64,000 nt of DNA from a bacterium (GCA_021810905.1 JAJZQH010000007.1:70455-134454); one strand, 5' to 3'; positions 1-9,080 are shown, counted from the stretch's first letter. Notes: generated by a model from the letters alone, not told the origin. Program-made: numbers and translations.

Positions 1-2
1 GA

Positions 3-191
3 GTTCCCGTCAGCACGACTCACGTCATCACGAGCACCATCGTCGGGGTCGGCGCGGCAAAACGCAGGGGCGGCGTAAGGTGGATCGTCGGCAAAAAGAT
101 CCTGTACGCCTGGATATTGACGCTGCCATTCTGCTTTCTAGTGGGATTCGGCCTGACAAAGGCATTCCAACTCATCATGACCAATCCATAG
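3..191 (+). CDS. PiT-family inorganic phosphate transporter, C-terminal fragment (5' end lies outside the window)
   Basis: The frame starting at nt 3 reads VPVSTTHVITSTIVGVGAAKRRGGVRWIVGKKILYAWILTLPFCFLVGFGLTKAFQLIMTNP*. This matches the conserved PiT/PitA C-terminal motif (TTH..TS.IVGVGA....V.W....I...W..T.P). Stop is at 189-191. Confidence 0.75.
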   Translation, partial: VPVSTTHVITSTIVGVGAAKRRGGVRWIVGKKILYAWILTLPFCFLVGFGLTKAFQLIMTNP

Positions 192-221
192 AGCGCGGAC
201 CCAACTCCCGAATCGAACGAA

Positions 222-803
222 TTGCGAGAGATGCCGATGAAGAGCGAAACACTCGATGGCACGGCGCTGCTGGTCATCGACATGCAGAGATATTTTCTGT
301 CGAAGGGCGCGCCAGCCTATATCTCACCGCCTGCAACCCTGCTACCTAACGTATGCTCGTTGATCGACTCTTTCAGGGCGACTGCCAGGCCCCTCGTCTT
401 CACGCGCCACGCGCATCGCCGCGGCTCCGACACGGGCGAGATGGGGCGCTGGTGGCGCAATCGTCTCCTCTGGGAAGGCACGCGCAACGCGGAGCTGATC
501 CCGGAGATTCAACCGGCTCGCGGAGAATTGCTGATTACGAAGACGCGGTACAGCGCGTTCGAGGAAACAAAGCTCGCGGCATACCTGAAGAAAAAGCGCG
601 TCCGCAAAATAGTCATCTGCGGAGTGATGACGAACTTCTGCGTGGAGACGACGGCAAGGCACGCGTTCATGAAAGACTTCGAGGTCTTCGTAGTCAGCGA
701 CGCGTGCGCCTCGAGCGATAAGAGATACCACAAGGCATCTCTCCTCAACCTCGCCCACGGCTTTGCGCGCATAGTGAAAACGCGCGAGATCGTTGCGACA
801 TAA
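222..803 (+). CDS. isochorismatase-family cysteine hydrolase
   Basis: 193-aa ORF with LLVIDMQ..F near the N-terminus and a VICGVMTNFCVETTAR catalytic-Cys segment typical of isochorismatase-like hydrolases. The real start is probably ATG 231 or 237. Confidence 0.85.
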   Translation: MREMPMKSETLDGTALLVIDMQRYFLSKGAPAYISPPATLLPNVCSLIDSFRATARPLVFTRHAHRRGSDTGEMGRWWRNRLLWEGTRNAELIPEIQPARGELLITKTRYSAFEETKLAAYLKKKRVRKIVICGVMTNFCVETTARHAFMKDFEVFVVSDACASSDKRYHKASLLNLAHGFARIVKTREIVAT

Positions 804-805
804 AC

Positions 806-872
806 AGCGCCAGCAACGCGAGAAACGCCAGCAAGGCCAGCAACGTGGCAATAACAATGCGTTGCTTGCGGC
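806..872. repeat. hairpin element built from CCAGCAA/CGCGAGAAACG words (copy A of 3)
   Basis: AGCGCCAGCAACGCGAGAAACGCCAGCAAGGCCAGCAACG...CGTTGCTTGCGG lies between convergent gene ends. The same words recur at 60795-60866 and 61623-61738. Confidence 0.7.
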
Positions 873-880
873 ATTTGTTT

Positions 881-1564
881 TCAGTCTTTCTTCATGATGA
901 AGAGATAGTTGAAGCCGCGGAGGAAATAATTGCCCTTGAGCGCTTCGGTCTGCCAGTGGTGTTTCTTGAGCTTGCGGTTGTGGCGGACCACTGAGATGAT
1001 GTCGAGCGGGCGGAAACATTTGCAGAGGAGTTCGAAGAGCCTGAAGCCTATCGGCACAAATCCCTTTTTCTTCTGGTACGTATCCGAGACATACAGCGCC
1101 ATACAACGCTTGGGCCGCAGGATGCGATCGCTTTCCTCGATGACCCTTCGCATCTCTCTGAAGTAGCTCTCGGTGAATGCGGAGATTTTGCCGATGCAGT
1201 TCTTGTCGTCCGAGTATTCGATGTGATCCGAATAAGGAGGATCGATGAAGACGAAGTCCGCCTTCCCATCCTCGAGCGGCAATTTGCGTGCGTCCGCGCG
1301 AAAGATGTCCTTGCGCGCGGGCTTGAGGTCATAGCCCAGCGCGCGGCGGCCTAGCTCGCGCGCCACGTCGAGGGTCGTGCCGCTGCCGCACATCGGGTCG
1401 ACCACAAGGTCGCCCTCGCGCGTATATCGCTGGAGGAGGTTCCACACGATGTACGACGGCGTGGCGCCGATGTAGTCCTTGTCGCCCTGCATCGCGTCGC
1501 CGTAATGCTGCGAGGGATATTCCCATAGCGTGGTGGTCTGAGGCGTGAGCGGAGGTTTCTTCAT
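881..1564 (-). CDS. SAM-dependent N6/N4-type methyltransferase (DPPY motif), with no adjacent restriction partner
   Basis: Motif I is VVDPMCGSGTT and motif IV is FIDPPYSD. LWEYPSQ and RILRPKRCMALYVSD resemble N6_N4 DNA methylases. Start is taken at MKKPPL (ATG 1562-1564), preceded by GGGAG. Confidence 0.75.
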   Translation of the reverse strand: MKKPPLTPQTTTLWEYPSQHYGDAMQGDKDYIGATPSYIVWNLLQRYTREGDLVVDPMCGSGTTLDVARELGRRALGYDLKPARKDIFRADARKLPLEDGKADFVFIDPPYSDHIEYSDDKNCIGKISAFTESYFREMRRVIEESDRILRPKRCMALYVSDTYQKKKGFVPIGFRLFELLCKCFRPLDIISVVRHNRKLKKHHWQTEALKGNYFLRGFNYLFIMKKD

Positions 1565-1658
1565 GATCTGACTCCCATCGGCGCGCCACGGGGCACCAAG
1601 CGGTCGCGGCAAGGCCTGAAGTTGCCAGCGTTACCCCTGTAATATCAAGTAAAATTAC

Positions 1659-1813
1659 GCGAAAATTTCATACCTATCCAGATAACGCACCCAGCCCCGG
1701 ACGACATCCCGCAGCTTGACCGCGGGATCCAGTTGAGCCCCCTGGATTCCGACTTTCGCCGGAATGACAAACGCTTGGGTGCGTTATCTGGAGAGGCATG
1801 GAAAATTTCCCGC
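1659..1813. repeat. MITE/REP-like structured element of the 'LDSxFRxND' type
   Basis: ~35-nt terminal inverted repeats (GCGAAAATTTCATACCTATCCAGATAACGCACCCA / TGGGTGCGTTATCTGGAGAGGCATGGAAAATTTCCCGC) enclose three consecutive stem-loops: ATCCCGC..GCGGGAT, ATCCAG..CTGGAT, ATTCCG..CGGAAT. It translates as LDSDFRRNDK. Confidence 0.6.
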
Positions 1814-1870
1814 AACTTATTTCTCCTGCCGACGATAAGGGTGAGAATCCAAAATCGGCAAGGAGAGAGC

Positions 1871-3145
1871 ATGTCCGGTCCAGCTGCGGCGTTGTCACCC
1901 TTCATTCCCTGTGGGAGCGAATTCGGCTTCGACGCTTCGCTCGATGAGATGACCGATCTCGTCTCCTCCGCAGCGCCATTGATCGAGGCCGGGGATTCGG
2001 AGGCAATGCAGGAACTCCTCGACGAAAAGGGCATTTCCTCCAACCTTCGTCCTGACGCCGTGAGCAGCATCTCGCTCGCGGCTGCTTTTTCACGTCTCTT
2101 TTCAGCCGATCCGCGCGAGACCTACGAAAGTGCCGTTGCGGTCAAGAGGGCCGTGACGCCCCGCTCCCCTCTCCAGCAGGAGGCAGTGGCGAAGTCGCAC
2201 GCCGCGATGGCAGAATGTGAGAGCGCGGAGTGGACCAGTCGCATGAAGGGCGTGGAGACGCTCTGGGAACTCGCATCGCGACTCGAAGCGCACGATCTGG
2301 AGGATGCGGTTCATTGCCTTGAACGGCGGCTGAACGACCCGGTCAGTCACGTAAGGCACTCCGCGGCAAGGGCGTTGCTCTTTGACGGCATGGCCAGGTT
2401 GCCGACTCCGTTGCGGGTCTCCATTGCCGGACATCTCCTTGCATCGCTACTCTCCGATCCCGAGGCGGACGAAAACCTCACCACATCGCTCGCGCTCATC
2501 ACCCTGCATGAGGCGAAATCATTCGGGCAAAGCGATCTCCTGACGCTTGCGGAATCGATGCGCAGGGCCCTCGACGGGGAGAGATATGCAAGCCCGGATG
2601 TGGCGATCTATCTCCTGACGAAGCTCATCCCGCTCGTCTCCCCGAATCGGCGTGTGCCGATGCTGCAGTGCATGGAGCCCTACCTCTTCGTCCCCGTCGG
2701 GAGCGGCGACCAGTACTATCTCGCCTGTGCCCGCGCACTTGAGGGGATCGTGACGAATATCGGGCTGGTTCCGCAGGAAGAGAGGGACCGGCTCGGCCGT
2801 ATCGTGCTCGCGCTTTTTCAACATCCCGACTTCGAGAGGGGACTGACCGATCTCGCAGTCGCCGTCTCCATGATGGCGCCGTCGCTCAGCGACGAAATGG
2901 CCGCGGAGGCGGCCCGGACGCTCTCGGAGCTGTTCGACCGGAAACAGGCCGCCATCCGCACCGCCGCGCTGAAGGCGCTGCAAAAGGTCTTTCCGCGCCT
3001 CTCCGACCGCTCCAGGCGATCGGCCATCTTGAGGCGCGTGGCGGTCATGACGAACGATCGGGACAAGGCCGTGAGCCGATCTGCCGCGGATTTCATCCTC
3101 AGCAGCGATTACTGGATCCAGCAGGAGCGGCGCCAATCCAAATAG
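1871..3145 (+). CDS. hypothetical HEAT/ARM-like helical repeat protein
   Basis: Start is taken at MSGPAAAL after AAGGAGAG. It contains repeated L..RL.DP...VR..AA.AL-type HEAT signatures (LERRLNDPVSHVRHSAARALL, AIRTAALKALQKVF, DRDKAVSRSAADFIL). Confidence 0.55.
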   Translation: MSGPAAALSPFIPCGSEFGFDASLDEMTDLVSSAAPLIEAGDSEAMQELLDEKGISSNLRPDAVSSISLAAAFSRLFSADPRETYESAVAVKRAVTPRSPLQQEAVAKSHAAMAECESAEWTSRMKGVETLWELASRLEAHDLEDAVHCLERRLNDPVSHVRHSAARALLFDGMARLPTPLRVSIAGHLLASLLSDPEADENLTTSLALITLHEAKSFGQSDLLTLAESMRRALDGERYASPDVAIYLLTKLIPLVSPNRRVPMLQCMEPYLFVPVGSGDQYYLACARALEGIVTNIGLVPQEERDRLGRIVLALFQHPDFERGLTDLAVAVSMMAPSLSDEMAAEAARTLSELFDRKQAAIRTAALKALQKVFPRLSDRSRRSAILRRVAVMTNDRDKAVSRSAADFILSSDYWIQQERRQSK

Positions 3146-3364
3146 CGTCGCGCGGATCCGCCGCGACAGGAGCTTGACATTCACCATGCGCTCCACTAAT
3201 GACGCACCTTTCCCGGCGCTCAGCGAGTACAGCGCGCCGAATAGAAATCCTTTTATCTACATAGAGCAGCCTGCAGCGGGACTTAAGCTATCTGCTATTT
3301 CGTCCGCAGCGCACCGGCGTTTCCTGCGGCTGGGACTGTTTTTTTCTGATGAGGGAATACCGGC

Positions 3365-4774
3365 TTGAGTTCTGCTTTCGACACATGGGGTTCAAGGATC
3401 GCCCTGGGCGCCACGCTCCTGGGAGGCGGGCTGGGCATAGGCATGTCCTGCGAGCAGGACGAAAGCGGCGACAACACGACAATTTCCGCCGAATCCAGGA
3501 CTGATGATCCTCCAGAATCCGTCGCTGATCCAGCCGCATCGCAAGACGTCGTCGCCGTGCAGATGCCAGAGCTCGACAAGGAGAGATCAAAAGGAATCTT
3601 TGCAATACCCGCCAGCGGTAATCCCTACGAGATCAGCAGGTACGGAAGACAGGTCCTGGCGCCTGCAACTGAGTTCTTTACGACTCCCACGAGCCTCTTC
3701 CTGCAGAGCAGGGGAAGATACCGCATGGGATACGAACATCGCGTGCGCGAAAGAGACAATGTGATGTACGGCAAGCCTGGAGAACGGGCTGCGTTCAGCC
3801 GCAAGACATATATCGGCCGATTCATGAGATGGCTATATCTTCCGAAATCGATGAGGAACAGGCCCCTGACACCCGAAGATCATGAATGGCTCCGCGCCAA
3901 TGGAGCGTATTCGCAGAGCATATCAAACCGCATCCTCATCCTCCCCTATGCAGTGAGGCTTGGCGTAAATATCTACGGTTTCACGCGGACGCAGGACGAT
4001 GGGAGAAACGGCCTGGGCCACGTCGAGACCGCAGTCATGATCACTGACACCGCTTCGATCACGAGCCACATCGTCGATCTGAGCCTCTGGTCGCGGGGGC
4101 TGGGGCAGGTGGCAGGCGCCTCGAATCCGAGCCTTGTCGAGCGAGCGCTTCAGCCTGGCCGGATAGCGCCGATGAGGCGATGGATGACGTTGGGAGGTTA
4201 TGAGGGTGCGGCTAAATCTCTCACCTTGAGCCATCGCATCAGTTTAGGAAGTAATGTGCTGATGATGGTGACCGGCGCCGTTCGTCTCTATTCTGAATAC
4301 GTAAGAATGGAACGCACCGGCGCTGAAAATCTGAGCACGCTCCTGGTAGGAGGTTTCGAATTCTTCGGTGGACTCAGCTCATGCGTCCTCATTCTCTTTC
4401 TGCTGCAGCGTGCGCGCCAACTCAAAGAATCGGCTGAAGAAGAGGCAGTCGACTATCGGAAGGTGTGCGACAGGCTCGTGGGGTTCACACCATTTCCAGG
4501 CCTGATCCAGGCATGCGTCCGTGCCCCGGGCATGGTGATGGCGTCAGCGATGATAAGCATGAATGGAGTCGCTCTCGCGAGCGCATTGGACCACATGGCT
4601 GCGGGCGTTCCCGCAAGTCACGCAGTGCTGGTTCCAGTTCTGGGGCTCGCCTCTTCTGGGCTCGCGTTGGTGTCTTCGTACATGAACACGCCCGGCAAGC
4701 TTGCCGTATCGCAGTTCGTCTTCCTCGGCAGCTTCGTTCTGTGCGGCCTGCAGAGCCTCCTCGAACTCGGATGA
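3365..4774 (+). CDS. hypothetical membrane protein (N-terminal signal-like segment, soluble domain, C-terminal multi-TM region)
   Basis: 469-aa ORF with a TTG start. Hydrophobic stretches occur at the N-terminus and across the last ~170 aa. I recognise no family motif. Confidence 0.5.
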   Translation: MSSAFDTWGSRIALGATLLGGGLGIGMSCEQDESGDNTTISAESRTDDPPESVADPAASQDVVAVQMPELDKERSKGIFAIPASGNPYEISRYGRQVLAPATEFFTTPTSLFLQSRGRYRMGYEHRVRERDNVMYGKPGERAAFSRKTYIGRFMRWLYLPKSMRNRPLTPEDHEWLRANGAYSQSISNRILILPYAVRLGVNIYGFTRTQDDGRNGLGHVETAVMITDTASITSHIVDLSLWSRGLGQVAGASNPSLVERALQPGRIAPMRRWMTLGGYEGAAKSLTLSHRISLGSNVLMMVTGAVRLYSEYVRMERTGAENLSTLLVGGFEFFGGLSSCVLILFLLQRARQLKESAEEEAVDYRKVCDRLVGFTPFPGLIQACVRAPGMVMASAMISMNGVALASALDHMAAGVPASHAVLVPVLGLASSGLALVSSYMNTPGKLAVSQFVFLGSFVLCGLQSLLELG

Positions 4775-4930
4775 AAGTCGCGCTCGCCCTGAACATCTGC
4801 ACAGATCACGCACATGCTGGGGATGTAGAATTTTCGTTCGGACTCAAGCGATCGCTTTCTTTGCATCCTTCAAAAATTTGCGGACGATGCAAAAAAAGCG
4901 AGCATCTCTGTGAGATCCGAGAGCGATTTT

Positions 4931-5509
4931 TCAAACTTGCTTTCTTTTTTTCGTCCCATGGAGAACCCCCAGGAAAAAGGCCCATGCGTTCGGGTCGCCG
5001 GCAAGAAACACGGGCTCATAAACGATGCCTCTCAAAAACCATTCTGGCGCCGCGTCCAGGTTTACGAAATCAACGTTGCGCGGAAGTTCATCCACGAGTT
5101 CCTCTACGCTTCGCTTCACCCGGAAGAACTCCACGCCGCCAAGCGGCCTCCTTCCGCGCGTAATCCCGAGATCCCAGTCTGAATACTTACGCCCTCTACC
5201 CTCAGCGCGCGATCCCAGGAGACCGACCGCGATCTCTTTGTCGAAGATCGCAAGCTTTCTGGCAACGGGCATGATCTCAGATATGCGTTCGATCTTCGAT
5301 TCGTATTCCTGGGAAAGCAGAGAGACGGGATCGGCATCGAGTGCATCGCAGATGGCATAATACGCCTCTGAAAAAGGCCCCTGTCCCTTCATGAAATGAT
5401 TGAGTGTTACGCGGTTGAATCCGTGTGCCTTGGCAAATTCCGTGAGGTGGGCGTACCCGTGGCTCAAGACGAGGCGTTTCAATTTTTCGGCATCCAGATG
5501 ATAACGCAT
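4931..5509 (-). CDS. XRE-type HTH fused to an MNT-like nucleotidyltransferase domain
   Basis: The N-terminal helix-turn-helix is LTEFAKAHGFNRVTLNHFMKG. The C-terminal half carries GSRAEGRGRKYSDWDL, the GS..G...SD.D pol-beta/MNT nucleotidyltransferase signature. Confidence 0.8.
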   Translation of the reverse strand: MRYHLDAEKLKRLVLSHGYAHLTEFAKAHGFNRVTLNHFMKGQGPFSEAYYAICDALDADPVSLLSQEYESKIERISEIMPVARKLAIFDKEIAVGLLGSRAEGRGRKYSDWDLGITRGRRPLGGVEFFRVKRSVEELVDELPRNVDFVNLDAAPEWFLRGIVYEPVFLAGDPNAWAFFLGVLHGTKKRKQV

Positions 5510-5559
5510 CGCCTTTATTTTCTCGCAAACGAAGCTTGTGTCAATTATTTTATATTTAT

Positions 5560-5575
5560 GTATATTTAAATATAC
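5560..5575. promoter_or_regulatory. perfect 16-bp palindrome GTATATTTAAATATAC in a divergent AT-rich promoter region (candidate operator)
   Basis: It lies between the divergent starts of the HTH-NTase gene (5509) and the 5658 ORF. It is the only perfect palindrome in that spacer. Confidence 0.4.
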
Positions 5576-5657
5576 TCAGATCCTTTCGACGTAAAATGTC
5601 GCGCAACTTTCCCGGAAGGCTGCCGATACATCTCGGGAACAATGGAGGGATCACAAA

Positions 5658-6614
5658 ATGGATTCCAAAGTAAGAATCGACAGAATAGCGCCCAGCCTCT
5701 TTCCCGACGCTCCCTATATACACGACCGTGACGCCAGGAAAATCATTGTCCTCATGAGCGAGCGCAGGCGTTTCGACGACCTCGGCGCAATTGCTGAAAA
5801 CTGGAGGAAGTTCAGCGAAGGTTCGCGGATGCGTTTTGGGTGGCTCATGACGGCGGCGACTCAACTGCGGCTCTGGAGCGATGCCGATAGCATCGCTCCC
5901 GTGATTCCACGCTGGAAGTCCGCGGCCATAGACGCCCGGGACAGGCTGATAAAAATCGAAGGTTCGTCCGAGCTGCCCCGATGCATCGCATCCGACGATA
6001 TCGATCGGATCAGCAGGCGCGACGATCCGCTCATAACCTCTCTCGGAATCTACGCGAAAGCCTGCAAAGTGATGGATGATTACACATCCGAGACCAGAGG
6101 GCGCGAATGCCTGAAGAGAGCGGCTCTCTTATTGAAACAGTCCGCCGACCTGATGGCCGCCCTTTCTACAGAGAGTTTTCAGGATCTCCAGAAACTCTGC
6201 TCGCTGCGCCTCTCGTTCTACGATCAGAGCCGCACCGTCTTCCGCGATGCTTTCGGGGGGCATCTGAAGAGACCTGAATCGCGCGCTTTCCTTGATGCGC
6301 TGAATTCAAAGATCAGCGACATGACTTCCACCATCGAGACGGGAGCAATCATCTTCGACGGCAAAAAGAGCGGCGGCAAAGGAGGCAACGGCACGGGCTC
6401 CCTGCCGCCGATCGGAGGCATTGGAAGTCCTGGCGCTACCGGCGGTTCCGGCGGCGCCTCAGCCAAAGGGCTCGAGCAGGAAGAATCGTCTGCAGAGGAT
6501 TGCGCGTTCGATGATTCATATGCAGCTTCGACCGATCCATACGGGTTGGAGCTCGGCGCGGAGACGGCGCTCTTCGGAGTTCAGCCCTTTCCGGCGGCAA
6601 CAGGCCTGGTATAG
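5658..6614 (+). CDS. hypothetical helical protein with a Gly-rich C-terminal tail
   Basis: 318-aa ORF preceded by GGAGGG. It contains GKKSGGKGGNGTGSLPPIGGIGSPGATGGSGGAS low-complexity sequence. One Rx5H (RDAFGGH) occurs in the helical part. Confidence 0.5.
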   Translation: MDSKVRIDRIAPSLFPDAPYIHDRDARKIIVLMSERRRFDDLGAIAENWRKFSEGSRMRFGWLMTAATQLRLWSDADSIAPVIPRWKSAAIDARDRLIKIEGSSELPRCIASDDIDRISRRDDPLITSLGIYAKACKVMDDYTSETRGRECLKRAALLLKQSADLMAALSTESFQDLQKLCSLRLSFYDQSRTVFRDAFGGHLKRPESRAFLDALNSKISDMTSTIETGAIIFDGKKSGGKGGNGTGSLPPIGGIGSPGATGGSGGASAKGLEQEESSAEDCAFDDSYAASTDPYGLELGAETALFGVQPFPAATGLV

Positions 6615-6684
6615 AAGATATCCGCATCAGCAAATGAATGCTCCCCGCGGCAAGCCGCGGGGTATCACCGGCAACATCTCCGAC

Positions 6685-6756
6685 CACCCTCACCCTTCCC
6701 TCTCCCCTCAAGGGAGAGGGGGGCGGAAACCCCGCAGCAAGCTGCGGGGAATCATC
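6685..6756. repeat. 72-bp double-hairpin dispersed repeat (copy 1 of 2)
   Basis: CACCCTCACCCTTCCCTCTCCCCTCAAGGGAGAGGGGGGCGGAAACCCCGCAGCAAGCTGCGGGGAATCATC is nearly identical (2 mismatches) to 46055-46126. A related hairpin CCCCGCGGCAAGCCGCGGGG sits at 6646-6665. Confidence 0.85.
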
Positions 6757-6819
6757 TCATTGACAACATCAAGCGCTTGCTGCTAGTTGATTTCTGCTTT
6801 GAAAATTCGATCGCACGGC

Positions 6820-6970
6820 GTGCAAGGGAAGCGGGTGTGAATCCCGCGCGGTCGCGCCACTGTGATGGGCATGATGTCCGCCGCCTCAGTCACTGTCCTT
6901 TTGGGATGGGAAGACTTTGGCGGGAGAGATGGCCCTGAGCCAGGAAACCTTGCGCCGATGTTTTTTTCAG
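6820..6970 (+). promoter_or_regulatory. cobalamin (B12) riboswitch
   Basis: AAGGGAAGCGGGTGTGAATCCCGCGCGGTCGCGCCACTGTGA matches the conserved core. GAGCCAGGAAACCTTGCG matches the B12 box. The P1 candidate is CGGCGTGCAAGG / CCTTGCGCCG, followed by a T-run. It lies directly upstream of a TonB-dependent receptor. Confidence 0.85.
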
Positions 6971-7003
6971 CGCGTATTACTCTTCGCGTAAAAGAGGCGG
7001 CGC

Positions 7004-9043
7004 ATGTCCTTGATTTTCTGTTTTCATCCATCGGCCTTCATACATCGACAAAAGATCCTCATCACCCTCTTCTGTTGTGTCGTCGCCATTCCTGTGCAGA
7101 TGGCTGCGGGGGATTGCTTCGCTTCCGCTCGCAATGACACACTAGGCGCTACGTCTGAAGAAGCGCAGCCTGCAGATATCGGCGAGGTCGAGGTGGGCGC
7201 GTCGCGGGATCACGAATCCGCGGAAATGCCCGCTGCCTTCACAACGGTCATCAAACCCGAGCGCTTCGAACGCCGCACAAAATCCGCAGCCGAGGTGCTC
7301 TCAGAAACTGCAGGCGTGGACGTCACCACCCTCGGCGGCGAGGGGAGCCTCTCCACGGTCTCCATCCGCGGCTCTTCAGCCGAAGAGGTGGCAGTCTTCG
7401 TGGACGGGGTGCGCATCAACAGCGCGCTCTACGGCTCCGTCAATTTCGCGACCATTCCGATCGACTCGATCGAGCGCATCGAGGTGATCCGCGGCGCTGC
7501 GTCAGCACGTTTCGGCACGGACGCCATCGGCGGCGTCATCAACATCGTGACTAAGAAGGCCGGGGGCAAGCGCGCCATCGACCTCAAGCTCACCGGCGCT
7601 TCATTTGATACGCTGCACACCTCGGAATCCTGGAGCGAGCCGCATGACAAATGGTCTCTCGTGCTCGCGCACAACCACCGCTCCACCGCAGGCGACTTCA
7701 CGTTCAGGAGCGCGGGCATTTCGCTGGCCGGCGGCACGGTCGCGGACCCCAAGACATACACGCGGTTCAACAACCGCTCGGTTGCAGAGGACGTGCTCGC
7801 AAAGGGGGACGTGGATTTAACTGAGCTTATGCACCTCTCCGCATCCAACGATTTTTTCTGGACCGATGCGCAGGTGCCAACGACGGAGATCGAGACCACG
7901 CTGCTCTTTCCCGCTAACCCGCTGGAGGCGCACGAGGAGATCTTCCGCGACACCGCAGGGCTGCGCGCCGCACTCGACCGGCTCTTCGTGGACGGACTCT
8001 CTCTCAAGTCGGGCGTCAGCAACGCCTACATACGCGATCATTTCACCGACCCCTCGCCCGCGATAGGCGATCCAATAGACGTCACATCGGTGGGAGTTTC
8101 GCCCGAAGCGTATCTTGAACTCATGCACTCGGCGGACGCGGGTCCGGCGAGCTTTACGACCGTTCTCCGCTATCAGTACAGATACGATCACTCCGACGAT
8201 TCATCTCCCTATCCCACCGCCCCGCTCGCGGGCGAACACGGCAGGAGCACGAACGCGGCCTTCCTCGAAGAAGAGGTCGATCTCTTCGGCGACAAACTGA
8301 GGGTGATTCCATCGGGCCGCGTGGAGACCGCATCCGACAGGACCACGCGCGCGAGCTGGCGTGCCGGCGCCGTCGGCAGCCCCGTTGAGTGGATCGACAT
8401 CAAGGCGAACGTTGGCACCGCGTTTCGCTATCCGACTTTCATGGAGCTCTATTTCCCGGATCAAGGATATCTGCGCGGCAACCCCAACCTGAACGACGAG
8501 CGATCTTTCAACTGGGACGCCGGAGTCATTGTTCGGCCGCCTCGCTCGTCAATTGAAATTTCGTATTACCAGAACCGCATCTACAACCAGATCATGTTCG
8601 TCCCTGTATCGGCCACCACGATCCAGCCCATCAACACCGGGCGCGTGAACTCGCATGGCATCGAGGCAACGGTCACTGCCGAGCCCTGGAAATGGATGCG
8701 TCTCGATGCGAACTACACCTGGCTCGACGCGATCTTCGCCAGCAACGGGCTCAAGCTCCCGGGCAGGCCGCAGCACAAGGCCAACGCGCACCTCGAACTC
8801 AAGACGGGCTGGGCGTCGATCTTCGGAGAGGTGCAGTACGTGGGTTCGTATCCGCTCAATACCTCTAACACCGTGACCATATCGAGCCATGTTGCTGCGA
8901 ACGCGGGCACCACCATCGCCTTTGCGAAGCACTTCTTTTTTACTTTTGAAGTGAAGGACGTGAACAACGTGCAGATCTACGACGCGCGCGGGTTTCCGCT
9001 GCCGCGAAGGAGTTACTGGGTGAGCGTGGGAGCGAAAACTTAA
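7004..9043 (+). CDS. btuB: TonB-dependent outer-membrane receptor, BtuB-like
   Basis: The plug domain reads VDVTTLGGEGSLSTVSIRGSSAEEVAVFVDGVRIN...IERIEVIRGAASARFGTDAIGGVINIVTKK, followed by a long beta-barrel region. The gene is controlled by the B12 riboswitch. Confidence 0.9.
   Translation: MSLIFCFHPSAFIHRQKILITLFCCVVAIPVQMAAGDCFASARNDTLGATSEEAQPADIGEVEVGASRDHESAEMPAAFTTVIKPERFERRTKSAAEVLSETAGVDVTTLGGEGSLSTVSIRGSSAEEVAVFVDGVRINSALYGSVNFATIPIDSIERIEVIRGAASARFGTDAIGGVINIVTKKAGGKRAIDLKLTGASFDTLHTSESWSEPHDKWSLVLAHNHRSTAGDFTFRSAGISLAGGTVADPKTYTRFNNRSVAEDVLAKGDVDLTELMHLSASNDFFWTDAQVPTTEIETTLLFPANPLEAHEEIFRDTAGLRAALDRLFVDGLSLKSGVSNAYIRDHFTDPSPAIGDPIDVTSVGVSPEAYLELMHSADAGPASFTTVLRYQYRYDHSDDSSPYPTAPLAGEHGRSTNAAFLEEEVDLFGDKLRVIPSGRVETASDRTTRASWRAGAVGSPVEWIDIKANVGTAFRYPTFMELYFPDQGYLRGNPNLNDERSFNWDAGVIVRPPRSSIEISYYQNRIYNQIMFVPVSATTIQPINTGRVNSHGIEATVTAEPWKWMRLDANYTWLDAIFASNGLKLPGRPQHKANAHLELKTGWASIFGEVQYVGSYPLNTSNTVTISSHVAANAGTTIAFAKHFFFTFEVKDVNNVQIYDARGFPLPRRSYWVSVGAKT
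7108..7142. repeat. half copy of the GGATTGC...CGCTCGCAATGACAC element, inside the btuB coding sequence
   Basis: GGGGGATTGCTTCGCTTCCGCTCGCAATGACACAC matches the right half of the element at 14416-14500. It encodes GDCFASARNDT just after the predicted signal peptide. Confidence 0.7.
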
Positions 9044-9045
9044 AC

Positions 9046-9080
9046 CGTCGTTCGTGAATCGTCGTTCGTCGTTCGTGAAA
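9046..9080. repeat. tandem heptamer tract (CGTCGTT/CGTGAAT words)
   Basis: CGTCGTTCGTGAATCGTCGTTCGTCGTTCGTGAAA lies between the btuB stop and the next start. It uses the same word family as the hairpin arms at 17699, 18679, 35173 and 63199. Confidence 0.6.

Noticed and set aside
342-1106. 254-aa minus-strand ORF spanning the isochorismatase gene, the repeat and the methyltransferase 3' end
   Set aside because: It crosses two convergent, motif-supported genes and a repeat. It is an off-frame artefact.
5556-5864. 102-aa minus-strand ORF as a possible HEPN partner of the MNT-like gene
   Set aside because: It starts inside the divergent 5658 gene and runs through the AT-rich promoter spacer. 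It has no Rx4-6H motif and no ribosome-binding context.
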